From Hydrolagus colliei (taxonomy: Eukaryota): a stretch of 64,000 nt of DNA. A program made the position numbers and the translations under genes. Positions 11,265 to 23,400 of this stretch are shown here, in pieces. Location of the stretch: positions 6,386,001 to 6,450,000 of the forward strand of contig CM068750.1 of assembly GCA_035084275.1 (NCBI GenBank), read 5' to 3'. The notes under the pieces were generated by a model. The model ran no database searches. It was not told the DNA's origin and saw only the letters and a program-made list of their open reading frames with translations. Numbering within the stretch: the stretch's first letter is position 1; each line of letters opens with the position of its first letter.

Positions 11265-11477
11265 TTAGGTTGAGTAACGAGCTGAGGCAGCAGAAAGTGA
11301 TGATGTTGATAGGTCCTTGAGAATTTTATTAAGGCCTGCAATATTTTCTTCAAGTAGGTAATTTTTCTTCTCAGTTGTCTTGTACCGCTGTTCGGATATC
11401 TCCAGTGCCTTGAGTAGCTGTGCGTTTTCAACATACAAGTCCTTGATCATTTCATCTGCTTTAATATTCTTTGACAT
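11265..11477 (-). CDS. NIN: NIN last coding exon
   Basis: cag acceptor; MSKNIKADEMIKDLYVENAQLLKALE...ARYST*. Confidence 0.93.
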   Translation of the reverse strand: MSKNIKADEMIKDLYVENAQLLKALEISEQRYKTTEKKNYLLEENIAGLNKILKDLSTSSLSAASARYST

Positions 11478-14400
11478 CTGCAAAGCAAAATTCTGTTATG
11501 AAAGTTTTCCCTTTGTTCAAAGGAACAAATCTAATGGTTATTTTAATACTAAACCATTCATTACAGGAACTTAGTTGTATACGAATTATACCTTTGTACA
11601 ATATTATTACACTCTATTGCTTGTTAAATAGGCATTGCTGTTTTTGTATTGTGGCTGAAACAAACACTCAGTTACTAATAAACAGTGAACATACCTGTTC
11701 TTTCAATTGATTGACTTTGTCCTGAAGATGTAACTTAACATTCCTCAGTTTATTTTCAACATCTTGCATTCTTTCTGTCCTTTTCAACAGTTGTTCATAT
11801 CCTTCCTGAAAGGAAAATATTTATTAGACTGATTTCTGTTTACAGTCAGAAAGAGAGGCAAACTGCATAAGAAATTGATTCACCCATAATCTGGGGAGGA
11901 ACTGGAGGTACCGTATTAATAACAATATTTTGCTTGGCAATGTATTTCAAAAAGATACACAACACATAGAATACACAAAAAAATTATCTTTATAATAAAA
12001 ATAAAATAAAGGTCCCCAAAGAATTTAGAAATCAATTGTAATGAAGCAAAATAGTTACTTGAAGCAGTCAGCTGAGTTAATAGTCAAATGTGATTTCACA
12101 GGCAAAGCAAAAACACAACTAGCTTGCACCTTTTTATGCAGTTAAGTATATTGGTAAGGATCTTATCGATCCACAGCAGACATCTCAAAAGTTTTAGTGC
12201 TTATCAAATGGTTATGTAAAAATCTTTGATTGTTCTCCACACAACTAGAAAGCGGAGGTACAAATAAGCTTTGCACAATTTGCATTAATTCACAGCAGCA
12301 TTGTACAGTACTGTACTTTGGTGGCAAACATTGAAGAAATGTGCAACATAGCAAATTACCGCAAATAGTATACCTAGTGAGCACAGGCTAGTGGTATGAA
12401 AATACATTTAGATGGACCCTGTCATGTCAGTACTGTAATGTGTCAGCTGGTTGAAAATAACTATTTGATTGTGTAAAAACAGTTTGGGTAAATCTTAGAT
12501 CCCGTGTACACAAACTAAGCCTTAGTAGTAATAATGCCTTTAAGGATCTAATATCTTTTATCTCGAGTGCAAGTTGATTTTTTCTTTTATTCAAAAACTT
12601 CAGTCGCAAGATTTCAGTTTGTCCAAGATATATACAAGCACAATTAATAGCTATCACTAATGTTCATGTGGCTTGTGATTATGACAAAAAAATCAAAGTC
12701 AGAGGATATCATTGTGATCAACAATGGATCTAGTTTTAAGTACCTAAATGTTAATAGCCAAAGTCTTCGCAGTTATGTTCCAATGATGGAATAGTAAGGC
12801 TTAGGTTATCAAACAATCAGAATTTGGTTCAAAGCACAGAAAGGGGAAAAGAAGGATAAAGTAGAGTTGATCACCTATATCTGTTCTCATACACCTTTTG
12901 GTAGTGGAATACACAGTGGAATTGACAGATGTGGAACAGAATGCCTTGCTGCTTAGCTTCTCAGCTAAGGATTGGGCTGTGGCACAATCATACTATGGGG
13001 AAAGTGCAATTGGCAAACGCAAAACATAGTGAACTGGTAGTGTATTGAGTAAAAGCTATACTGTCAGGCAAACATTCAAATGAGAAATCAGTCGGATGAC
13101 TACAGTACAATATCAAAATACACAAAAAATAGAAATTACAAATTTATTGTCAAAACAAAAGGTATAACAAAAAAAGATGCGTAGTCTTCTGAACAAACCA
13201 GATAGCTGGTAAACTGAAATCGTCATGAGGAAATATTACAACGATCTATCAACAGTGCAAAACCAACAAAGCAAAAGTTATAATTAAGGGAACGATGGAG
13301 ATCTATTAGTTGTTGTGTATTAACTGTACATAAGCACTGCTGTATTATGTGCCACACATAAATATGTATACAGAGAGGAAATTATGTAATAAATAGCAAT
13401 AAAAGGATTTATGAATTATGTAACTAAGTAATGATTTTCATTCATGTCATTTATTCATCCCACAATCCCTTTGCCTTGTCCCTCCCTTGCCTCCTTCTAG
13501 TCCAGTCACACGACCCTCCGTTTCAACCATGCCGTCAGCTACCATCTTGCTTCTGCCCTCCCTCATTCCAACTCCGCACCGCCCCCCCCCCCCCCCCCCC
13601 CCCACACACCCCACCATACTCGAGTCCTGACCAATGACTGTTCAGCACCTTGGGGCATCCTCCCGACATGAAAGGCGCTCTACAAATATAATTTGGTTGT
13701 TGTACATAATTTTGAGTACCTATAATGCATCTGTGTTTACACAGTGAATAATAGAGACATTGTGCCTTTATTAATTAGACCCCAATCTGGAGATTTGCAG
13801 CCTCACAGTGCCATTTAGAACAGCAGAGGTGGAATCAACCTTTACTATTGTTGAAACAGAGAAATGTTGCTAATTAACATTTTGCAGCAATTTCATATGC
13901 ATTATTTTCACTGAGGAGTTGATGGCTCAAAAAAAACTACTCAGTCCTGTTGTATCAATATCAAACACACACTAATTAGAAATTAAAAATTTATTGTCAA
14001 AACAAAGGTATAACAAAAAAAGACAATGCATGACAAATCAGGAAACCATAAATAACTACATAGAAAAGTTCAGTGTGATCTTTCAATTCAAATAGTGGGT
14101 CTGTGATGAATTTGTTGGAGACAGAAAATATAGTGTTAAAGCCTAAAATGCACAGAGTAACGGAAAGGAATGTTGTGTGTGAATGCATTTTACATGTTAT
14201 CAATCATCCATATTGCAGCAATACTGTCAATTATACTTTACTGCCTGGATGTTAGGGATACAACAAACAGTAGAAATTGAAGTAATGGAATTAAATTAGT
14301 GTATTTTATGTGGAATTGTAAACCTTGATGTACAATCCATAAAAGTGCCAGATATCTATAATGCTAGAAAAGTTAAATACTGTATTACATTAAATAAATT

Positions 14401-17400
14401 TTAACAATGTATATTACACATCAATGTCTTTTTTTCACATGAACTTACAGCTTTATTAAAGTACATTTCTACACCAAGAACATAATAAATTAAAAATAAT
14501 TTAGAACACTATTCTCTTCCCCACCCAATGCATAACCAAGGACAATAATTTTGCCCGGCTACTTATGAGAAACTGCTGTGTACTGTCAAAGACTTCACAA
14601 GTGCCCAATCCTCCTGTAGGTATCAGCATGCACAGCTCGCTGGTCCGGTAGCAAGGCCTACATAGAAAGAATGTAAGTGGTACACTTCACCCTGTAGTGT
14701 TTAAGAATTGACTCAAAATATCCCACACTACAACTACAAAAAACGGCAAATGCACGTAAAGAAACAAAAACAAACTGTATAACCACAACATCACATTTTA
14801 AATAATGAAAGGAGAGTTTCTGTAGCGTTTACATGGACAACAATGAAAAAAGTGATTATCAAAAGTGATTATCAAAATTGCACTATTATAGTCAACACTA
14901 CAGTATAGTCACAGTTTTGTGATTGCTTGCATTTTTACTGTACCCACTACAATAGGACTAGAGGCTTGGGCACTTCTCACTTGGAATGCTCTTTACCTGC
15001 TGTGTGTTGCTGTCAGCAGCATGTTTGTCCAGTTGTTCTTGCAGTTGACGACGCTGAACTTCCTCATGGCTCAGACGTTGCTGGAGCTGTGCTACTTGCT
15101 CTTGTGGCACCATGCTGCAGACCTGTTCTTTCAGCTGCTGGAGCTCACGGATATTCTGGGACTGGCTAAATGTCAGGCTCGAATTTGCATGTAGCAGCTT
15201 AGTATGAAGGAAAAGGAAATTAATAACTTGGATCAAATGTTTGCGAAATCAATCACTTAAATTGATGAGGTGCCCAAAGTATCTTTTGACCACACCTTTA
15301 GGATCAGTTTATCCTGATTCCTGATTTTAACAAAGAAAACTGACAAATTCTCATGTAGCTACATGAATAGCATTCAATTCACCAACAACATTCACCTTTG
15401 AGTAAAATATTTGTCTACGCACCACAATGGATTCTGAGGTGGGATGGGGAAGGGAAAGAGGTGGAGCAAAGGAAAGGGTAAAGAGACGGGCAAAGGAAAT
15501 CACAAGAAATACTGCGGACTCAAATAGATGCCCTGTTGTACCAATTTGGCAAATGTATATGAGGTATGGTATCAGTCATAATCTGGCACCGAATATGCTT
15601 TAGATTCAGGGGCTACTATTGGAAAGCTGTGCCATTTATTGGCTGAACATTATGACATTCATGCTACATTTCCAGTACTAAAAGGGTAACTGTAATGCTG
15701 GAATTGAACTATAATAAGGACATAATTGAAAAGACCCTAAATTTAGAAGCATTGTCAGAAACTTAAATAAAATCAAAGGGTCACAATAACACATACTAAA
15801 GAAAGTAAAATATCAAAAGTGACATGTGAAAAGCATCTTAAAGGTTTTCTAGAGTTATAAAAAGTAGTCAGGCTGTTCTGACTCAATTCATTTTATTGAA
15901 CCACATTTATTGTGAAGTTGTTTTTGAACATACCGTACATTACTGGGATTACTGAAGTGGCATTAGAACAAGGAGGCAAGTGGAAAGGATTGACATGGAA
16001 AACTGCTTTGAGCATAAACAGTCAAACCACAGCTGTCTGCAGCAATGTCAACTGTGATGTCTGATACAGACTAAAGTAGCAGCCACCACCGTCTCCTGTC
16101 TCTGCTGCAGACTCTCTAGGAAGCCTGTAGTTAATCAGTTCTCTGAAGTCCTAAGAACAGTTTGTTTTACACATGACTAGAGTCAGCTTTATACAAGATA
16201 TAACATAAAACTGTCATATTTTAGATCAGAAGAGATAGACTTGCAATCCATAGACCAAACTAACATATCCTTGTTTGCTTGAAAAAACATTTCCTGTCCA
16301 ACTGACATATGGCTAGACCACTCTGGAATCACATTGCAAATCCTGTTATTTGAGCGTTAAGTTGTTATCTTCCAGGAGACTTTGAAAAGATGACTAACTT
16401 CAGCGTGTGTAAAAACATTAGCCAGTTAGACCTGAATGGCCTGAACGGCAGCACGTCACATTCCAGATGACACTTAAACACACAACTGGGGAGATTTTGC
16501 ATTCCTGCCAGTTAATACAGATGGTTCTCTCATAACGCATTTTTACTGACGCAATCTTCCTTCCCTTGTCAGATATAAAAAGAACACAACGATATTTCCT
16601 CTCCAGACCAAACAACCTTCTCCAGCTGAATCACAGCTTATCCCCTTCTACCCTAAATAGGTGTTTCCCTGCCCGCTTTGAAAACTGATCAAAGGTCATC
16701 CTTTTGTGGCGTCCTCTAGCTCAGTGGTTAGAGTACTCGCCTCGCAAGTGAGAGACCTGGGTTTGATTCCCAGAGGGAAAAATGTTGGGTAAGTTTCCTT
16801 ACTCCACAATGCCTCTGTTTATCTAGCAGTAGGAACCCAGTTGTTATTCGTATTGCCTTTCTGGGCGTAATAATACATTTTTTATAAATTGGTCACTAAA
16901 TCCACGACTATTTATGGTTTGTGCAATTGGCTTCCATGTTTTGCCCCCCAAAAATAAATTTCAGTTTATATTCTGTGAAGCCCATTGAGCCATCTCAAAT
17001 ACCTGATAATACTAATCCTTGCATTTGATATAGCGCTTTTCACGTCTCCTATACGTCAAATCGTTTCACAGAATACATTGTAAAGTGAATTGACTGTATA
17101 TTTGTGGCGAACACACAAACTTTGATAAGGTGCTATATCAAAATGCAAGGATTATTATTTGTTTCAGACAATGAAAAGTCTGCTATGGATTTTCATAATT
17201 TCTGTCTTATTTAGATTTCCCTATTTGATTTTGCCCCTTAATTTTGACTGCTGTGACTGAATGGATTCTCCTGGAAACCTGCATTAAGGTGTGAAGAAGG
17301 ATGGCACAGAAACATTTGTTTTTGATACTGTACTTCTGCCACATTCTGAACAATATGTACATTTATCAAATGCTTTTGTCAGCAAATATGTTAAAGCTTG

Positions 17401-20400
17401 GAACAATACAAATTAGCAGGAAAGTCAACATGCAAAGTTGTGAAGTAGTAAATGTAAACAATATCTTCCTCAAGTACAAGGTATACAATTTCAACTACAT
17501 ACTTTATACAGTTCCAAGGAACAATGTCAGTCAAATGACAGCCTTGTAAACACTGTGATTATACAATGACAGAATTTGAAATGAAAAGCTCTATTGGCTT
17601 CACAAACTATCTTGGGCAGAGGACCAGGCCAATAAACCTTTCTGGTGCATCGTGTACCCAATTCACTTTGTTTTACATGCACATCAGTCATAAACACAAT
17701 GAATGCAAGAAAGAAGAGCTCAAGAACATAAACAAATGATTGGTTTCTGCTCATGCTGACCAGGAAATAGCCTACATAACACTTCTCCAAGGCGACTTGT
17801 GTGACTTTTGTGGGTAAATGCGTGGCTTAGATTGATATTGAGCCAATGGATTCAATCTCAGATAAGTTTCAGCGTCTTGGGACGTCCTCCCAATGTGAAA
17901 GATACTCTATCAGTGTAATTTTGTTGTGGTTGTCTCAGATTTGATGTCTGATCAGTGTTGTGTTAGCTGGTCTCTCAAAAGAGCAACAATGGGGAGCTCA
18001 AGAATACCAAATAAATAGAACATCAATTGATCACAAATTTCTTTCAGTTTTACCCAACATACCTGATCACTGGTCTCCATCAACTGGCTCTCCAGGTTGG
18101 CTTGGGTGTTTTGCAGCATTTCATTCTCTACTTTGAGGATTTCCAGCTCCTGTTCGAGTGAGCCCATCTAGCAGGAGAATGAATGCAGTTTCAGGACCAC
18201 ATGTAGATTCTACTCAATATTTCATTTGTGCATGATATTCATACTGGATTCGGATTGAGGGTAGATTGGCTACCATTCAATAGAGGTTACTTGAGCTCAC
18301 TATTTACGACCTCAAGTAGCCTCTATTATTGTTTAAAGAATCCCGTCTTGATATTTATTTCTTCCAGAGTTATTTCTCAGTCAACACTTTGAAAAATGTT
18401 GTTAAAAAGTCAACACTTTCATTTATTTTTCTCTGTACATGAAGACTGTTCACAGACAAATCTTACCTAAATGCAAGCATGCTTCCTTTCTAACTCTCTT
18501 GCCTCTCTGCCCTTCTAATTGGAAGTTCCTAGAAAGGAAAACAATCTTTTGTCTACTAATCATACACCTTACCTTCCTGTTGGCTGATAATAGTTCTTTC
18601 TGAATCTGGTCACATTCTCTCTTCAGGCTGAGTTTCTCCTGTTCAGCGGCTTTGACCATGGCAGATTTATTGTAGTGCTTCTGCTGTTTGAGGGTTAGAA
18701 GTGCAGAATCTAGATATTTGATCTGTCAAAACAAGAAAATAATATTATTATTCACTGTATATTTTTCATCGACGTATTAATTTTAACAAAAACATGTTCT
18801 ATTGAAATTTCACTGTGAACTACTAATGGTGTGGGATTTATGCATCCTACAATCCTTGCATTTTGATATAGCGCTTTTTCACGTCTTCTAAACGTCTCAA
18901 AGCGCTTCACAGAATATACTGTAAAGTGAATTGACTGTATGTTTGTGGGCGAAACGCAGCAGCCAATAGCACATAGCAGTGTCCCACAAACAGTCATGGA
19001 CTGAAATGACCAAGTTTTTTTTGGACGGATTATTATTAGGCCCGTGGAGTAAGGAAACTTGCCCAAGGTTTCGCCCAGACCTGCCTGGATTGAAAACACA
19101 TGTCTCACACTTGTGATGCGAGTGCTCTAACTACTGAGCTATAGGACTCCTCTTTTAACCCATACCAAATTAACCAAATCTCTGACCCTTTGAATTATTC
19201 AGTCCATTGGTTGGGTCACTACTCTGTGCAAACTAGCTGCCCACGTTTTTCTATAGATCAGAGAGTCCTCTGTAGGTCTGGTCGTAATCTTGCTCCTCGA
19301 AAGACAAATGGTTATTTGAACCCATGTCTAAAAGATGAAACAGGCCTTTGTTTTCAGTGGGCTACTTAGACGGATGTGTTTATATACAAATGTAACTTTG
19401 CTGTTTGTTTCTGCTGCTACTTTCTAGTTAGATGTGCCGATTCAGTTAGATGACAATGGCTGTTAGAAATGAGGCACAGTTACAGTCCTCCTTCAAGATA
19501 CAAAGCCATTCATTTTGAAGTCTGAAGGTGCTTTCTTAGGTACCTTCTCCCGGGCCTGCTGCAGCTCTCCTTTTGTGTGCTGAGCCTCTCTCTGAAGCCT
19601 CTCGTTCTCCTGCCTTAGCAGTTGTTGTTCCTTCTCCACCAGCCGAGCCAGGTCATCCCGGTACAGCCTCTTATGATTGTGTTGGAAGTCCACAGAATGC
19701 AAGTTCAGCTTTAGCACCTGATTCTAATAGAAAGATATCATGATCTTATTTAAAAATCAGAAGATTTGTTGAAGGCAACTGTATGGAAGGGCACCCCCGT
19801 TTTCGTTTTGTTAGATCTCCCCAAAGCATGAACCATTTCTTGGCTTACACTCATAGAACCACAGGGATTTACAGCATTTCACGTCTGTGTCGGCTCTTTT
19901 AAAGAGCAATCCTTTTAATTCTATGACAATACTGTGACCAACTGCTTAGCTGGAATGGAAGCATCTTCGAATGCCTCATCCTTTGACTGTCTCTTCCTGC
20001 CTGTGGGAACTTAGTGTGTTCTGACAGCGTCACTGTAACCCGCAACCAACCCAGTGGAGAATTCCAAGTAGGAGCGTCCAGTCCGTAGTGAATGAGAAAT
20101 GAGAAGCCTGTACCCATAAATAGGAAGCGGTTGCCTCCTCCCAACAATGGATGCTTGAGTATTGCTACTATTGTACAAGTTATTGTTGTACTTTTATTGG
20201 GAAGCATCAGGTTTCAGATTTTGCTCTTCTGAACAAACGTCCACAAGGTCAGGTTAGTTTTACATCTTGGGACGTCCTCCCGACGCGAAAGGCGCTCTAC
20301 AAACGCAATTTTGCTGCCGTTGTCAAAGAACGTTTCAGCCTTATTTGAAATGTTGCAGGCTACACATGACGGGATCAAGTAGAATTGATGTGGCATTGTA

Positions 20401-23400
20401 CCTCATCTTTGGTGGTCTGCAGTTCTTTGTGCAATGACACCACCTCCTGTTTCAAGGCCTCCTTTTCCTGTTGTGCGACGCGGAAGTCTGATTTACGTCG
20501 CGCTGCCTGGAGATGAGCACTTTGTAGGGTTTCGTCCAGACTCTTGATCTGGGAGATGAGACAAGGGGATTAAATTTGAATAGCAAAATTTCGGATGGAA
20601 AATTAGGTCCGATCAATAAGTTGAAGCCAGCGAAACTACAAGAATGGGTGTCTCTTATAAATAGAGATTTTAATGAATTCACAATTGAGAGAGCTGCACT
20701 ACAGTCCTGAAAAGGTGGGCAAAATATAACTTAAAATACTGCAATACCTTTTCTTGTGACATTGACTGCTGTGTAGCCAACACCTTCCCTTGTTGTTGCA
20801 ATGTTTGCTTCTCTTGTCTCAAACTGATTATCTGCATTTCCATGATGTTCATTTTGGCAATCTGTGTATAATAAGAAGCATTTGTTGATCAAGTTAGATG
20901 GCAATGGTTACATATTCCGTCTAAAACAAATGATATAAGGCGATTAACAGCGATCAATTAGTATTGAAAGTGCTTCAATGATTTCCATACCCTGTCAACG
21001 CAGCGGTTCACCTCATCACTTAATGTTTCTTTCTCCTGTATTAACTTTTCATTCGTACTCTTCAGAGAAGTGACCTCACTCTCCAGCTTATTACATTCAG
21101 ATAACTGGAGAAACAAGAAACTGCTGTTCAGCTTATTGAGAGACAAGGAAGTTCATTAATAACTGCATTAATGCAGAATCTATTCACAAGTGGTTTAAGA
21201 TCACTAAGAATGTCAACAACTATGAATCATCACTTCATGTAACTGTATGAAGCCAGTGTATTAATATCTGAACTGAACCACAACAATTCTCATATCTTTC
21301 AACAAATATTCTCACAATATCAGATAAGCAGAGAACTGCTTTGTGCAAAAGGACTAGAGTTACTAATATGAAGGCTTGGCAGCATCTTCAAATCACATGA
21401 GGAAAAAGCGCACAAATCCTTTTCCAAAAATATAATATTCAATGTTGTTATAAAGTACTGGGAGATGTGTGACAGTTTTTTTTTTTTTACACGTCAGGTT
21501 TATCATTATCAACACTGAAATGTATTATGTACTTAAAAAATAAATATCAACTGGCACAAAACCAACGTTCACTAAAGTGTATTCTCCAAATGGACAAATT
21601 CTATTTGTTATTAGAATTTTAAAGAAAGAGAAAAATGTATTTACAAAGAATCCTTTGGACAACAAGAGCTTTTCAAAATGACTGCACTGAAGCTTTGCGA
21701 GTCGCCTCTACCTGAATCGTCACGTCTTCGAGCTGTTCGCTGAGGAGAAGCTTGTCCTGTTCCAGCAGGTGATTCTTCAGCTCCATTTCAGACAAATCGG
21801 TCTCCAAAGCCGATAGGAGAGTGGATGACTGTCAGGAAATAGGCAAGATATACATGTAATGTCATGACTTCACCCAAAGCTCTGTTTTCATTCAGAGCAT
21901 CACTGGATGATAATGTGCAGCATCCGAAAGAGAAAGAGAGTGTAAACAAACTATCTCATCCGCAACAAATACACCTAGAAGACTATGCCACATTATCCCA
22001 CCCTTTTGGCTGAAAGTGGCTCTCTGATGAGAAGCAATTTCTGTCGCAAAATAGGAGCAAAGGATATGGAAATATTCTCCCTCACCCTCAGTTCTTCACT
22101 AAAAACACATTCAAGTAGTCAGTCAACTGTACGAATACTCCCTACAGCATGAAATGGGTATTGTAAATGCCGATTAGTAATTTGGATTTAGATATTAAGC
22201 GTTCAAAAGTCACTTTGAACGATTAGGCCACTATGGCTGGCTAGGAGGCAGTCATCACAATGATTTACCTCGGCTCGGCTGTTTTCCATTTCATTCATTA
22301 TTTGGGATTTTTCTTGCTCCCACTCTTCAAGCAGGTGCCTGTCCATTTTTTTCTCCTTCTGTCGCAGCAGATCAGTGAGCCGGCGGTTCAGATCCTGCAA
22401 GTCAGCTTGATTCTTAGAGTTTTTTTGGCAAAGGTCCTCGTTCTCTGCATCCAGCTGCCGATTCCGGGATCTTGTCTCCGCCATCTGATTTGGGGTACAA
22501 TTTGGAACAAAGGTTTTGAGAATGGTGGGCCACAGTCTATTAACTAATTGAGCAAGAGCACCACAGATATGGAAAGCAGTTAAAAGTCGTGACTCTACAC
22601 CTGCTGCAACTCAAACCAAGATGTTTAATACCTGGAAACTGCAAACACAAATAGCAAAATAGTTAACAATTCCTGAAGTCACAGTTGAAAGGATGTTTAG
22701 CAACAGTCTATAAATGACTTTCTTAAAAAAAATCAGACTTTTGGGGGAATTAGTATCAGCAAATGACCAAAAAAGATTAGTGCCTTCTCACAAATTAGTT
22801 GTAATTCTAAGATTATAGGCACCCTGCTCCAAATTTTTCCTGTCTTAATCACTTTGATACTGCCAGCATCTTCAAATAGATTGCCACTGAATTTAATTAT
22901 TAATCCCTCAGTTGCACAGGACCATGGATTAAAAATATTTCTGAACTTAACAAGTGACCTACATTTTAATATCAACACTGCATTATTCTACCTAGGATAG
23001 AAGTAGTAACATTACAGAATCAGGACTCCAAGCAGGAGCAGGCCTGTTGAATGATGAATTTCTCACATCATCATCATCCAGTAATAAAGCATTTTAAATT
23101 AACAAAAAGCACAGCTTACAATTCATACAAGGATCAGGATCCTGCTACGTAAAACCGCTCAGCAATTCTCTCATTCAAAACACTGTACCTAGTGTTTTAC
23201 GGTGAGAAGCTGTGCATCAATAGTGAACAGCTCCTTCAAAGAAAGATAGCTCGATAATATTCTAAATGTTGCAATTTTTACAGTTCATCCAAGTGGCATG
23301 TAGACTATATAGCAGGAACCAATATTTGAAACTTCTGAAAGTTTGAAATATTCTGAAATTATGAAGAACGTACCTGTTTGTTCAGCATTTCTATAATTCT

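Noticed and set aside
16708-16775. tRNA-like sequences with A and B boxes (also 34695, 35565, 38401, 19150)
   Set aside because: Each runs into a shared SINE body and tail and lacks a full cloverleaf, so they are SINE heads rather than tRNA genes.
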